The position numbers and the translations under genes are program-made. From NCBI RefSeq assembly GCF_023806625.1, contig NZ_JAMTDX010000099.1, positions 3,746-67,745 on the forward strand: 64,000 bases of DNA, written 5' to 3'. The notes under the pieces were generated by a model. The model was not told where the DNA came from and ran no database searches. It saw only the letters and a program-made list of their open reading frames with translations. Every line of letters begins with the position of its first letter. Within the stretch, counting starts at the first letter, position 1. Shown here one piece after another: positions 54,829-64,000 of the stretch. The stretch comes from Accumulibacter sp. (lineage in GTDB: Bacteria > Pseudomonadota > Gammaproteobacteria > Burkholderiales > Rhodocyclaceae).

Positions 54829-57800
54829 ATGGGCAACGTGAGGCGTTTCAGACAACGCGGACTGACGCCCGTACGCGCACTGCTCATCGCCGCAGCGCTG
54901 GCGATCGCCGGCTTTCTCGCAGTCGGACATCTGGCGAGCCGTCACGACGACGATGCGGCGAGCGACGGCATTCGCTTCGAAGTGCTCGACGCTGCGCACC
55001 GCGAACTCGACGGTTCTCCGGCGCTGGCGCTCTCTTTCAGTCTGCCGCTCGACGCGAAGGGCGATCACGACCGCTTCGTCCAGGTGCTGGAGATGCCTGC
55101 CACCGCGAAACGGTCGCCGGCAGCGACCGACGCGAGGGGTGAGGGCGAGGAGGACGAAGGCGAATCCCCAGCAAGCGAAGGGGCGGCGACGAGCAGCCGC
55201 GCCGCGGAAGACACGGCCCTTGAAGGCGGCAAGCCGGTCGCCGGTTCCTGGGTGGTCGGCGAGAACCCCCGCCTTCTGTTCTTTCCGCACATCCGGCCAC
55301 AGACCCGCTACATCGTCCGCGTGCAGCCCGGACTGAGCGCGCGCAACGGGAGCAGGATCGACGAAGAAGTGCGCTTCTCGATCGTCACCGCGGCGATGTC
55401 GCCGGCGTTCTATTTCACCAGCCGGGGAATGGTCCTGCCGGCAGGTCAGAGCGGCGGCCTGCCGGTAACCACGGTCAACGTACCCGAGGTCGACATCCAG
55501 TTCCTACGCGTCAAACCCGATCAGCTCGCCCGCTTCCTCGAGATGGTCACCGCCGGACCGGCGCGCGGACGAGTTTCGGGCAGCGAGCAGGACGTGCCAG
55601 TGGGCGACGAGATGGACGAGCCGGGATACTCCGGAACGCGCCTCAAAGGCATCGTGTACAGCTGGGACCTCGACCAGATCCACAAGCTGACCGAGAGCGC
55701 CTTCATCGGCCGCTTCCTGACCGAACAGAAAGCCAACCGCCGCGGCGTGACCTTCATCCCCGTGGAGAGCATCACGGCGCTGCGCGACCCCGGCGTCTAC
55801 GTCGCCGTGATGTCGCAGCCGAACCGCTTCCGCGGCGAATACCAGACGACCTACTTCTATGTCAGCGACCTCGGCCTGCATCTGCGCCAGTACGCCAACC
55901 GCGGTGCCGAAGCCTACGTCAGTTCGCTGACCGACGGCAGGGCCCAGCCGGACGTCGAAGTGAGCTGGATCGACGGCCAGGGAAAACCCCTCGTGAGCAG
56001 CGACACCGACCGCGACGGCCGCGCGAGCTTCGCCGAGCGTCCTCGCGGCTCGCGGCTGGTCATGGCCCGCAAGGGCAACCAGATCTCGCTGATAGCCCTC
56101 AAGGAACCGGCGCTCGATCTCGCCGAATTCGACATCGCCGGAATGCCGTACACCCCGGTACGTCTGTTCGCCTATTCGGGACGCAACCTCTACCGGCCCG
56201 GAGAGCGCTTCGAGGTTTCGGTGATCGCGCGCGACGCCGACGGCCAGCCGGTCCCCCCGCAACCGATCCAGGCAATCCTCCGCCGACCCGACGGCAAGGC
56301 TCAGTGGACCTCGACTTGGCGGCCCGACGAGAACGTCGCCGGCTACTACCGGCAGGCGATCGAGCTGCCAGTCGATGCGGCAACCGGATCGTGGAACCTC
56401 GAGCTACGCGCCGACCCCGCCGCCCGTTTGGCCGGGACGAGCCTGCAGTTCGGCGTCGAGGAATTCCTCCCCGAGCGGATGAAGCTCGACCTGTCGACGT
56501 CCAGCGAGCGGCTCGCCGGCGATTCCCGCTGGCTGATCGAGGCCAGCGGCCGCTATCTCTATGGCGCCGCGGCGGCGGGCAATCGACTGCTCGGCGTGGT
56601 CACCGGCGAGCGCAACCGCAATCCGCTGTCCCAGAAACTTCCCGGCTTCGTTTTCGGCGACTCCGACGAAGACAACGTGCGTACGCGCACCGAGTTGCCC
56701 GAAGCGAAGCTCGACCAACAGGGCAAGGCACCGATCGACGTCGATATCGCGGGATTCTCCCGGCGCCATTCGCCGTTCACCGTGCGCACGACGCTGAGCC
56801 TGCTCGAAAGCGGCGGCCGCCCGGTCGTGCGCAGCATCGAGCGCACCTGGTGGCCGGCGCCGGTGCTCGTCGGCGTGCGTCCGCTGTTCGTCGGTTCGTA
56901 CGCGCGCGAAGGCGCACCGGCCGACTTCGAGGTCGTGCGCGCCGACCCGGGCGCTGTGCTGAAGCCTGCGAACGCGCTGCCCGTCCGGCTGTTCCGCGAG
57001 AACCGCCACTACTACTGGCGCTTCGACGATCAGCGCGGCTGGCACTCGGGCTTCTCGGAGAGCGACGAACTCGTACTCACGACACACGTCTCGACGCCTG
57101 CCGGAGGGCGTGGCAAGCTGACTCTGCCGGTCAAGTACGGGCGCTACCGGGTCGAGATCCTCGACCCCGAAACCGGTCAGACGCTGCGTTTCCGGTTCTA
57201 CGCGGGATGGTCGGCGAAGGACGACGAGACCCAGGGAGTCCGACCGGACCAGGTTGCCCTGAGACTCGACAAGCCGGCCTACGTCCTCGGCGAGAAGGTA
57301 CGTCTGACGATGACCCCACCGCATGCCGGCGAGGCGCTGGTCACCGTCGAGGGCGACCGCGGACTGTGGGTGCGCCGGCTGAGCGTCCGCGCCGAGGAAA
57401 CGACGATCGACATCCCGCTCGACCCGGCATGGAAACGCCATGATCTCTACCTGACGGTGATGGTCCTGCGTCCGGGCAACAGCGGCGAGAAGGTGACCCC
57501 TGCGCGCGCGCTGGGCATCGCCTACCTGCCGCTCGACCGGGGCAGCCGAAAGCTTGCGGTTGGCGTCGACGCCCCGCAGAAGATCGAACCCGAGCAGCCG
57601 CTGAAGATCAAGGTCAAGGTTCCCGAAGCGAGCGGACGGAAGGCGCTGGTCACCGTCTCGGCGGTCGACTCCGGAATCCTCAACATCACCCGCTTCGTCA
57701 GCCCAGATCCGTTCGGCTTCTTCTACGCCAAACTGCGCTACGGGATCGACGCCTACGACGTCTATGGCCGGCTGATCGAGAAGATGGACGGCCAGAAGGG

Positions 57801-60003
57801 CCGCCTGAAGTTCGGTGGCGACGCGGCCCCGAAGCCAACGCGCAGCCTGCCGCGCAAGCTGCGCCTCGTCGATCTGTTCAGCGGACCACTGCTGCTCGAC
57901 GACAAGGGAGAGGCCGAAGTGGCACTGCCGATTCCCGACTTCAACGGCAGTCTGCGCGTGATGGCCGTCGTCGCCAGCGGCGATCGCTTCGGCAGCCAGG
58001 AGGCCGAGGTCACCGTCGCCGCACCGCTGATTGCCGAGCTGGCCACGCCGCGCTTTCTTTCGGTCGGTGACCACGCCGTCCTCGCGCTCGACGTGCAGAA
58101 CCTTTCGGGCAACAGACAGGACGTCCGGGTCGCGCTGAGCAGTCGCGACGGTCTGCTGATCAGCAACGGTGAACAGCAGTTCTCTTTGAAGGACCAGGAG
58201 AAGCGCACACTGCACATCCCGGTCGAAGCGGGAAGCGTGCCTGGTCTCGCCGAGATCCAGGTGCGCGTGGACAGCGCGCAGGTCAGGATCCGGCGCAGTT
58301 TTTCCTTGCCGGTGCAAGTGCCAACGCCGCGCCAGTCGCTGGTCCGTCGCCTGGCCATCGCCCCCGGCGAAACCGCCGAACTTCGCGATGCCGAACTCGG
58401 CGGACTGCTACCCGAGACCGTCAGCGCGACGCTGGCCATTTCGGACCGCGCGCCAATCGACGTGCGCGGCGCCGTTCAGGGGCTGCTCGGTTATCCGTAC
58501 GGCTGCGCCGAGCAGACGACGAGCAGCGCCTATCCGCATCTGTTCATCGACGAAAACGCCGCCGCGCAGTTCGGCCTCAAGCCTTTCACGCGCGCCCAGC
58601 GCGCGCTGCTGATCGACAAGGCGATCGCCCGGCTCACCGGCATGCAGGCGCCGGGTGGTGGCTTCAGCCTGTGGGGCAACCTCGCCGAGTACCAGTACTG
58701 GCTGTCGGCCTACGTCGGCAATTTCCTGCTCGACGCGCGCGAACAGGGCTTCGACGTGCCACCCGAGATCGACCGGCGAACCGGCGACTTCCTGCTCAAG
58801 GGGTTGCAGGAGGGTGTCGCCGGCCTACCGACCGGACCGGTGACTTACAACGCGAACTCGGTGTGGAACGACCCACGCTACGCCGGGTCCGGTCGCTTCG
58901 CGGTGCTCGCCTACGGAGCCTACGTCCTCGCCCGCCAGGGCCGGGCGCCGCTGGCCACGCTGCGCCAGCTGCACGAATCGGCAGCCGCCGCGCCTTCCGG
59001 CCTGTCGCTCGTGCATCTCGGTCTGGCTCTCAAGCTGATGGGCGACGAGGCACGCGCGAGCAAGGCGATCGACGCGGGAATCGCCAGGCCGCGCAGCGGA
59101 CCCGAGTACGCCTGGTGGGGCGACTACGGCAGCAATCTGCGCGACTGGGCGATGATCTGGGTCCTGCTCGACCGTCATCAGCTGCGCCCCGAGGGACGAG
59201 AAAACCTGGTCAGCCAGGTCGCCGCGGCGATGGAAGGCCGACAGTACTTCAGCACCCAGGAAAAGCTCGCCCTGTTCCTGCTCGGTCGCTCATTCGCCGC
59301 CCAGCCGGGACGCGAGTGGACCGGGGAGCTCAGCGCGGAAGGCAATTCGCGCGCGCTACGCACGACGGGCACGCTGTATCAGCCGCTGTCAGCCAGCCAG
59401 CTGGCCAACGGGATGCGCATCCGCAATACCGGCGGCAACCGGCTGTTCGTCGAACTCGCCTACTCCGGCAACCCGCAGAAAGTCCCACCAGCCCGGCGGG
59501 ATGCGTTCGACCTCAAGCGCGAATGGTTCACCGCCGATGGCCAGCCGCTGGGCAACCGGATCCTGCGCGTCGGCGAAAGCGCGGTCGTCCGGCTGCAGGT
59601 CAGGACGACCGGGCGCTACGCCAACGCACTGATCGTCGACCACATCCCGGCCGGGCTCGAGATCGAGAACAGCAACCTCGTCCAAGGCGAACAGGCAGTC
59701 GTGACCATCGGCGGCATCGACCCGCGGCAGGCGATGCAGGACGGGCGAATCCGCCACGTCGAGTTCCGTGACGACCGGTTCGTCGTCGCCGCCAGACTCA
59801 GCGAGAAGATGGACTTCTTCTACCGGGTGCGGGTCGTCACTCCCGGGCGCTTCGTCGTTCCGCCGACCTGGGCCGAGGACATGTACCAGCCACAGATCTG
59901 GGGCCTCGCCGGCGGCGGAGAATTGCTGCAGATCAGCGACGGCCGCGACGGTGACGCTGCGGCTACCGGCCAGGGCGCTGCTCCCCAGTCGGCAAGACCA
60001 TGA
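54829..60003 (+). CDS. Bacterial alpha-2-macroglobulin family protein (YfhM/ECAM-like) with an intact thioester motif
   Basis: About 1720 aa. MG-domain architecture colinear with E. coli YfhM, and a thioester site YGCAEQTT. ATG at 54829 is preceded by GGAGGA; the ORF track begins at an ATG at 54808. The N-terminus is a TM helix without a lipobox Cys. Confidence 0.9.
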   Translation: MGNVRRFRQRGLTPVRALLIAAALAIAGFLAVGHLASRHDDDAASDGIRFEVLDAAHRELDGSPALALSFSLPLDAKGDHDRFVQVLEMPATAKRSPAATDARGEGEEDEGESPASEGAATSSRAAEDTALEGGKPVAGSWVVGENPRLLFFPHIRPQTRYIVRVQPGLSARNGSRIDEEVRFSIVTAAMSPAFYFTSRGMVLPAGQSGGLPVTTVNVPEVDIQFLRVKPDQLARFLEMVTAGPARGRVSGSEQDVPVGDEMDEPGYSGTRLKGIVYSWDLDQIHKLTESAFIGRFLTEQKANRRGVTFIPVESITALRDPGVYVAVMSQPNRFRGEYQTTYFYVSDLGLHLRQYANRGAEAYVSSLTDGRAQPDVEVSWIDGQGKPLVSSDTDRDGRASFAERPRGSRLVMARKGNQISLIALKEPALDLAEFDIAGMPYTPVRLFAYSGRNLYRPGERFEVSVIARDADGQPVPPQPIQAILRRPDGKAQWTSTWRPDENVAGYYRQAIELPVDAATGSWNLELRADPAARLAGTSLQFGVEEFLPERMKLDLSTSSERLAGDSRWLIEASGRYLYGAAAAGNRLLGVVTGERNRNPLSQKLPGFVFGDSDEDNVRTRTELPEAKLDQQGKAPIDVDIAGFSRRHSPFTVRTTLSLLESGGRPVVRSIERTWWPAPVLVGVRPLFVGSYAREGAPADFEVVRADPGAVLKPANALPVRLFRENRHYYWRFDDQRGWHSGFSESDELVLTTHVSTPAGGRGKLTLPVKYGRYRVEILDPETGQTLRFRFYAGWSAKDDETQGVRPDQVALRLDKPAYVLGEKVRLTMTPPHAGEALVTVEGDRGLWVRRLSVRAEETTIDIPLDPAWKRHDLYLTVMVLRPGNSGEKVTPARALGIAYLPLDRGSRKLAVGVDAPQKIEPEQPLKIKVKVPEASGRKALVTVSAVDSGILNITRFVSPDPFGFFYAKLRYGIDAYDVYGRLIEKMDGQKGRLKFGGDAAPKPTRSLPRKLRLVDLFSGPLLLDDKGEAEVALPIPDFNGSLRVMAVVASGDRFGSQEAEVTVAAPLIAELATPRFLSVGDHAVLALDVQNLSGNRQDVRVALSSRDGLLISNGEQQFSLKDQEKRTLHIPVEAGSVPGLAEIQVRVDSAQVRIRRSFSLPVQVPTPRQSLVRRLAIAPGETAELRDAELGGLLPETVSATLAISDRAPIDVRGAVQGLLGYPYGCAEQTTSSAYPHLFIDENAAAQFGLKPFTRAQRALLIDKAIARLTGMQAPGGGFSLWGNLAEYQYWLSAYVGNFLLDAREQGFDVPPEIDRRTGDFLLKGLQEGVAGLPTGPVTYNANSVWNDPRYAGSGRFAVLAYGAYVLARQGRAPLATLRQLHESAAAAPSGLSLVHLGLALKLMGDEARASKAIDAGIARPRSGPEYAWWGDYGSNLRDWAMIWVLLDRHQLRPEGRENLVSQVAAAMEGRQYFSTQEKLALFLLGRSFAAQPGREWTGELSAEGNSRALRTTGTLYQPLSASQLANGMRIRNTGGNRLFVELAYSGNPQKVPPARRDAFDLKREWFTADGQPLGNRILRVGESAVVRLQVRTTGRYANALIVDHIPAGLEIENSNLVQGEQAVVTIGGIDPRQAMQDGRIRHVEFRDDRFVVAARLSEKMDFFYRVRVVTPGRFVVPPTWAEDMYQPQIWGLAGGGELLQISDGRDGDAAATGQGAAPQSARP

Positions 60004-60022
60004 GAACCCATACCGGGGACTG

Positions 60023-62326
60023 ATGGGCATGCGGCCGGGCGTGTTGCGGCTGGCGCTCGCCGGGGTCCTGGCCGGGCTGCTCGTCGCCGATCAGCTCTGG
60101 CCACCGCCACGACGCGGTGGCTCGGCGCCGAGGGCACAGGTCGTCGTCGCCCGCGACGGCACACCGCTGCGCGCCTTCCCGGATCGCACGCACGTCTGGC
60201 GACACACGATACGCCTCGAGGAAGTCTCGCCACGCTACCTCGAGGCCCTCGTCGCGTACGAGGACCGCGGCTTCTGGTGGCATCCCGGCGTCAATCCGTG
60301 GTCGCTGATGCGCGCCGCCGGCCAGTGGCTGGTGCATCGGCGAATCGTCTCGGGTGGATCGACGCTGACCATGCAGGTCGCCCGGCTGATCGAACCGATC
60401 CCGCACACGGCGGCCGGCAAACTGCGCCAGATCGCCCGCGCGGTGCAGCTCGAACTGCGTTTCTCGAAGCGCGAGATCCTCGAAACCTACCTCGCCCTCG
60501 CGCCAATGGGCGGGGTTCTCGAAGGCGTCGAGGCAGCGAGTCGCGCGTATCTTGGAAAGCCGTCGCTGCGCCTCAGCGCGGCCGAGGCGGCATTGCTCAC
60601 CGTGCTGCCGCAAGCGCCGTCGCTTCTCCGCCCCGACCGCTACCCCGAGCGTGCGCGCGCCGCCCGCGACAAGGTCCTCGCGCGCCTGAGGCCGCTCTGG
60701 GGCGAAGCGGCCGTCCGCGAGGCGAGAGAGGAACCGGTCATCGCCCAGACCGTCCGCGAGCCGCTGCTCGCGCCTCTGCTCGCCGAACGCCTGCGGCGGC
60801 TACGGCCCGAGGCTGCGCGCGTCGCCAGCACGATCGACGCCGGCGCGCAGCAGAGCGTCGAGCAACTCCTCGCCGCACGGCTGAATGTTCTGCCGCCGCG
60901 AGTTTCGATGGCCGCGCTGGTGGTCGACAACCTGAGCCTGGAAGTCCTGGCCTACGCGGGGTCGGCCGATTTCTCCGACGACAGCCGCTTCGCGCACGTC
61001 GACATGGTCCAGGCGAAGCGGTCCCCCGGTTCGGCTCTGAAGCCTTTTCTCTACGGACTGGCGCTCGACGAAGGCCTGATCCACTCCGAATCGCTGCTCG
61101 CCGACGTCCCGCAGTCGTTCTCGGGGTATCAGCCGGGCAACTTCCAGGCCAGCTTCAGCGGGCCGGTCAGCGCTTCCGAAGCCCTTCGCCGGTCGCTCAA
61201 CGTGCCGGCCGTCGAAGTGCTCGAACGGCTCGACCCGCAGCGCTTCGTCGCTCTGCTGCGCCGCGGCGGACTGCGGCTCGAACTCCCGCGCGGCGCTTCG
61301 CCCAACCTGAGCGTGATCCTCGGCGGTGCGGCGGTCAGCCTCGAAGAACTCGTCGGCGCGTACGCATCGCTGGCCCGCGGCGGACTCGCTGGCCGACCGC
61401 GTTACCTGGCCGACGAGCCGATCGGCGAGGCCCGGATGATGAGCGAAGGCGCAGCGTTCGTCGTCCGCGACCTGCTCGAATCGGGCGGGCCGGTCGCGCG
61501 GGTCGTTGACGGCGGGGTCGGCGTACGCCGCGGCATCGCCTGGAAGACCGGGACGAGCTTCGGTTTCCGCGACGCCTGGGCGGTCGGCGTCAGCGACCGG
61601 TTCACCGTCGGCGTCTGGGTCGGGCGACCCGACGGCACGCCGAACCCGGGCTTCTTCGGGGCAAACATCGCCGCGCCGACGCTGATCGATATCTTCTCGG
61701 CAGTCGACGACTCGCAGCCATCGGCGCGCACGCCGCCAGCAAGCGTTTCATCGGCGCGCATCTGCTGGCCACTCGGCGTGCGCGCCGAAGCCACTGCGCC
61801 AGGCCTGTGCCACGAGGAACGCACGGCCTGGTTGCTCAACGGAACCGCACCGCCGACCTTCCCCGATCGTCTGCGCGATGGACCCGCGCTGTACACCGAC
61901 CTGCGCGACGCGCACGGACAGCGTGTGCGCAGCGGCTGCGCGACTGGCGAGGTTCATTCGGTCGCCATGGCCCGCTGGCCGGCGGCTCTCGAGCCCTGGC
62001 TCGACACCGCGACGCGCGAGCGCGCGCTGCCGCCGGCCTGGTCGGCCGACTGCCGGCACGCGCGAGCTCCCGAAGCCGGACTGCGAATCGTCGGGATCAG
62101 CGACGGTGAGACGATCCGGCGGGCAGCCGGCGGCCCGCCGCCCGAACTGCGCCTCGAAGCACGCGGTGGCCGAGAAGATCTGATCTGGCTGCTCGATGGC
62201 CGGCCGATCGGCCGGACCGAGGCCGGACGGGCACTGCTCAAGCGCTTCGACGAGCCCGGGCGACACCAGCTGACCGTGCTCGACGACTCGGGTCGCCACG
62301 ACCGGGTCGAAATCAGTGTGCGCTGA
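60023..62326 (+). CDS. pbpC: Penicillin-binding protein 1C (glycosyltransferase/transpeptidase)
   Basis: ATG at 60023. GT51 motifs (EDRGFWWHPGVNP, GGSTLTMQ, RKIREA-like KLRQIARA), a transpeptidase SxxK context (RSPGSALKPF) and a KTGTS box. The classical yfhM-pbpC pairing. Confidence 0.92.
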   Translation: MGMRPGVLRLALAGVLAGLLVADQLWPPPRRGGSAPRAQVVVARDGTPLRAFPDRTHVWRHTIRLEEVSPRYLEALVAYEDRGFWWHPGVNPWSLMRAAGQWLVHRRIVSGGSTLTMQVARLIEPIPHTAAGKLRQIARAVQLELRFSKREILETYLALAPMGGVLEGVEAASRAYLGKPSLRLSAAEAALLTVLPQAPSLLRPDRYPERARAARDKVLARLRPLWGEAAVREAREEPVIAQTVREPLLAPLLAERLRRLRPEAARVASTIDAGAQQSVEQLLAARLNVLPPRVSMAALVVDNLSLEVLAYAGSADFSDDSRFAHVDMVQAKRSPGSALKPFLYGLALDEGLIHSESLLADVPQSFSGYQPGNFQASFSGPVSASEALRRSLNVPAVEVLERLDPQRFVALLRRGGLRLELPRGASPNLSVILGGAAVSLEELVGAYASLARGGLAGRPRYLADEPIGEARMMSEGAAFVVRDLLESGGPVARVVDGGVGVRRGIAWKTGTSFGFRDAWAVGVSDRFTVGVWVGRPDGTPNPGFFGANIAAPTLIDIFSAVDDSQPSARTPPASVSSARICWPLGVRAEATAPGLCHEERTAWLLNGTAPPTFPDRLRDGPALYTDLRDAHGQRVRSGCATGEVHSVAMARWPAALEPWLDTATRERALPPAWSADCRHARAPEAGLRIVGISDGETIRRAAGGPPPELRLEARGGREDLIWLLDGRPIGRTEAGRALLKRFDEPGRHQLTVLDDSGRHDRVEISVR

Positions 62327-62559
62327 AACCGACCAGGCACTCATCACCGCGCAGGCGCGACGTGGCTTCCCTTCGCCGACGCTCCCTGCACGCTCCACGT
62401 CGACCGGGGCTACGACGCCTGCTGTACGCGCCGGGGCGTTGGACTCGCGCCGCCGACCCGCGACGGTCTGCCGCCCGATTGCCGGCGATCATCCCCCTCG
62501 ATTGGCGGCACTGCCATATACTGAAGCCGCTCCAATACTCCACGCGAAAGGCGTCCCCC

Positions 62560-63876
62560 ATGCCACCGCTCACCACCAAGGCCGCCAGCCGGCAGCCGAG
62601 TGCCGGCGGCAGCCACGCTGCCAAGACTGCAGTACAACAAACGACGGCGCGCGTGCGCGAGATGCATCAAACGATCGCCACCGGGTCGTTTTCCGTCCTG
62701 CGCCGGCTACCCCTTCTGGGCGGCCCGGCGAGGCTCGTGCAAATCGTCCACGATGGGATCGTCGGCGGTGTCTACCAGGCGATTCACCTCACCAGCGGCG
62801 TCCTGCTCGACGCTGCAGCGGTGATCGAGGAACGGCGATTGCGGCAGGCACCGGCCCAGGAGCCCGGCCGCCTCGCGACGCGAGCGCACAGCGCGCTGAA
62901 CGGCGTCTTCGGCGATCACCTCGCCGCCACCGACAACCGCCTGGCCATCGCGATGACCCTGCGTCACCAAGGCACCGCTCTGCCCCTGGACGGCGGTTCG
63001 CTGCGCGCCGCCCTGCCGGACACCGGCCGGCGACTTTGCCTCTTCATCCACGGTCTGGCTTGCGACGAGTCTTCGTGGCGGCCGCGCTCGACCGCCGCCG
63101 GCGCAGCGGAAGTCGATTTCGCGCGGCAACTGCAGGCCGATCTCGGCTACACGCCGCTGCATCTGCGCTACAACAGCGGCCTGCCGATCGACCGCAACGC
63201 GCGCGAACTCGCCGTGCTGCTCGAGCGACTGATCGCGGCCTGGCCGCAACCGGACAGCGAGATGATCATAGTCGGCCACAGCATGGGGGGCCTGGTCGCG
63301 ATCGCCGCCTGCGGGCATGCGGCAGCGACCGGGATGAACTGGCCGCAGGCGACCCGCATGCTGATCGGCCTCGGCGCACCGCAACTCGGCTCACCGCTCG
63401 AACGCTTTGGCCACTTGGTCACCTCGGCCCTGCAGGCATCGAAAGTCACTCTGCCGCTTGCCCGGATCGCCGCCGCGCGCAGTCAGGGAATACGCGATCT
63501 CCGGCAGGGACCGGGCGCAGCGCAGGCGCATCCGACAGCCCGGCACATCGCCTATCGCTTTCTCGGAGGCAGCCTGGCCGAGGACGTCGAACACCGCTTT
63601 GGCCGGCTGTTCGGCGACGGGCTGGTGACGCTCGGCAGCGCCACCGCGCAGGCAATCGCGGACGACGTGCAGACCGCGGCGCTGGGCCGGCTCGGGCACA
63701 TGGCCTTGCTCACCGACGCCCGCGTCTACCGCCAGATCAGCCGATGGGTTGCCGCGCTGGACGATCCCCCGGCGGCCGCGGCCGACGATCGGGTGCTGGC
63801 GCCAGCGTGCGCCGCGACGCGGCCGGTCGGCCGGGACTGCGTTCCCGGCGCATCGAGTTCGGCCAGCGATCCTTGA
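62560..63876 (+). CDS. Alpha/beta-fold hydrolase (lipase/esterase-like)
   Basis: ATG at 62560. Nucleophile elbow IVGHSMGG, oxyanion region LFIHGL, C-terminal HMALL. Confidence 0.7.
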   Translation: MPPLTTKAASRQPSAGGSHAAKTAVQQTTARVREMHQTIATGSFSVLRRLPLLGGPARLVQIVHDGIVGGVYQAIHLTSGVLLDAAAVIEERRLRQAPAQEPGRLATRAHSALNGVFGDHLAATDNRLAIAMTLRHQGTALPLDGGSLRAALPDTGRRLCLFIHGLACDESSWRPRSTAAGAAEVDFARQLQADLGYTPLHLRYNSGLPIDRNARELAVLLERLIAAWPQPDSEMIIVGHSMGGLVAIAACGHAAATGMNWPQATRMLIGLGAPQLGSPLERFGHLVTSALQASKVTLPLARIAAARSQGIRDLRQGPGAAQAHPTARHIAYRFLGGSLAEDVEHRFGRLFGDGLVTLGSATAQAIADDVQTAALGRLGHMALLTDARVYRQISRWVAALDDPPAAAADDRVLAPACAATRPVGRDCVPGASSSASDP

Positions 63877-64000
63877 ACAGCGACGATCAACGGCGTCGGC
63901 TCGGCGCAGGGCCGTTCACCCATCGGGGGGGTTCGCTCCAATGTCCTCGAAAACCTCATCACACGGTGCCGTTCGCCAATCCGACGGGAGTGAGCAGAGG

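Overview
This is a high-GC chromosomal segment from a proteobacterium. Gene content and synteny suggest a betaproteobacterium (Rhodocyclales- or Burkholderiales-like), but that is inference only. I call about 50 protein-coding genes and 2 tRNAs. I saw no rRNA, CRISPR array, transposase, integrase or prophage genes.

Gene order, left to right:
- A MacAB-like ABC efflux set (ATPase, HlyD adaptor, NodT outer-membrane factor), then CopD-like and MgtC membrane proteins.
- An RND tripartite efflux pump.
- On the minus strand: recC-recB-recD, followed by a TIR-domain gene, a stand-alone SLOG-domain gene and ybaK.
- A HAMP-only sensor.
- bpt-aat coupled to an iron(III) ABC ATPase, with the permease and binding-protein genes in separate transcription units.
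- An NlpC/P60 peptidase, then acuI, a degenerate REC-GGDEF gene and prpE.
- An SRAP peptidase, a cupin and an HDOD-GGDEF protein.
- tRNA-Leu(UAA) and tRNA-Gly(GCC).
- Housekeeping genes: CoA transferase, YafJ amidotransferase, DegS-like protease, Nif3, FAH, DUF3124, Gx transporter, ubiX, Lon-N domain protein.
- parDE, an MFS transporter, mutY, a flavin reductase, an H-NS-like protein, galE and apaH.
- An alpha-2-macroglobulin/pbpC pair and an alpha/beta hydrolase.

The best candidate for an undescribed system is the translationally coupled TIR + stand-alone SLOG pair at 11497-13784. It is Thoeris-like in logic but has no recognisable effector module, and it sits directly at the 3' end of the recCBD operon.

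Other observations worth a second look:
- A ~250-bp MITE-like element in two inverted copies, each abutting a gene's stop codon.
- A (GGGCCAC)n heptanucleotide repeat upstream of a diguanylate cyclase gene.
- A 17-bp tandem duplication upstream of the HAMP sensor.
- A leader hairpin that overlaps the Shine-Dalgarno sequence of the iron-binding-protein gene, next to a Fur-box-like site.

All calls come from motif reading of the supplied translations and the raw sequence. No searches were run.
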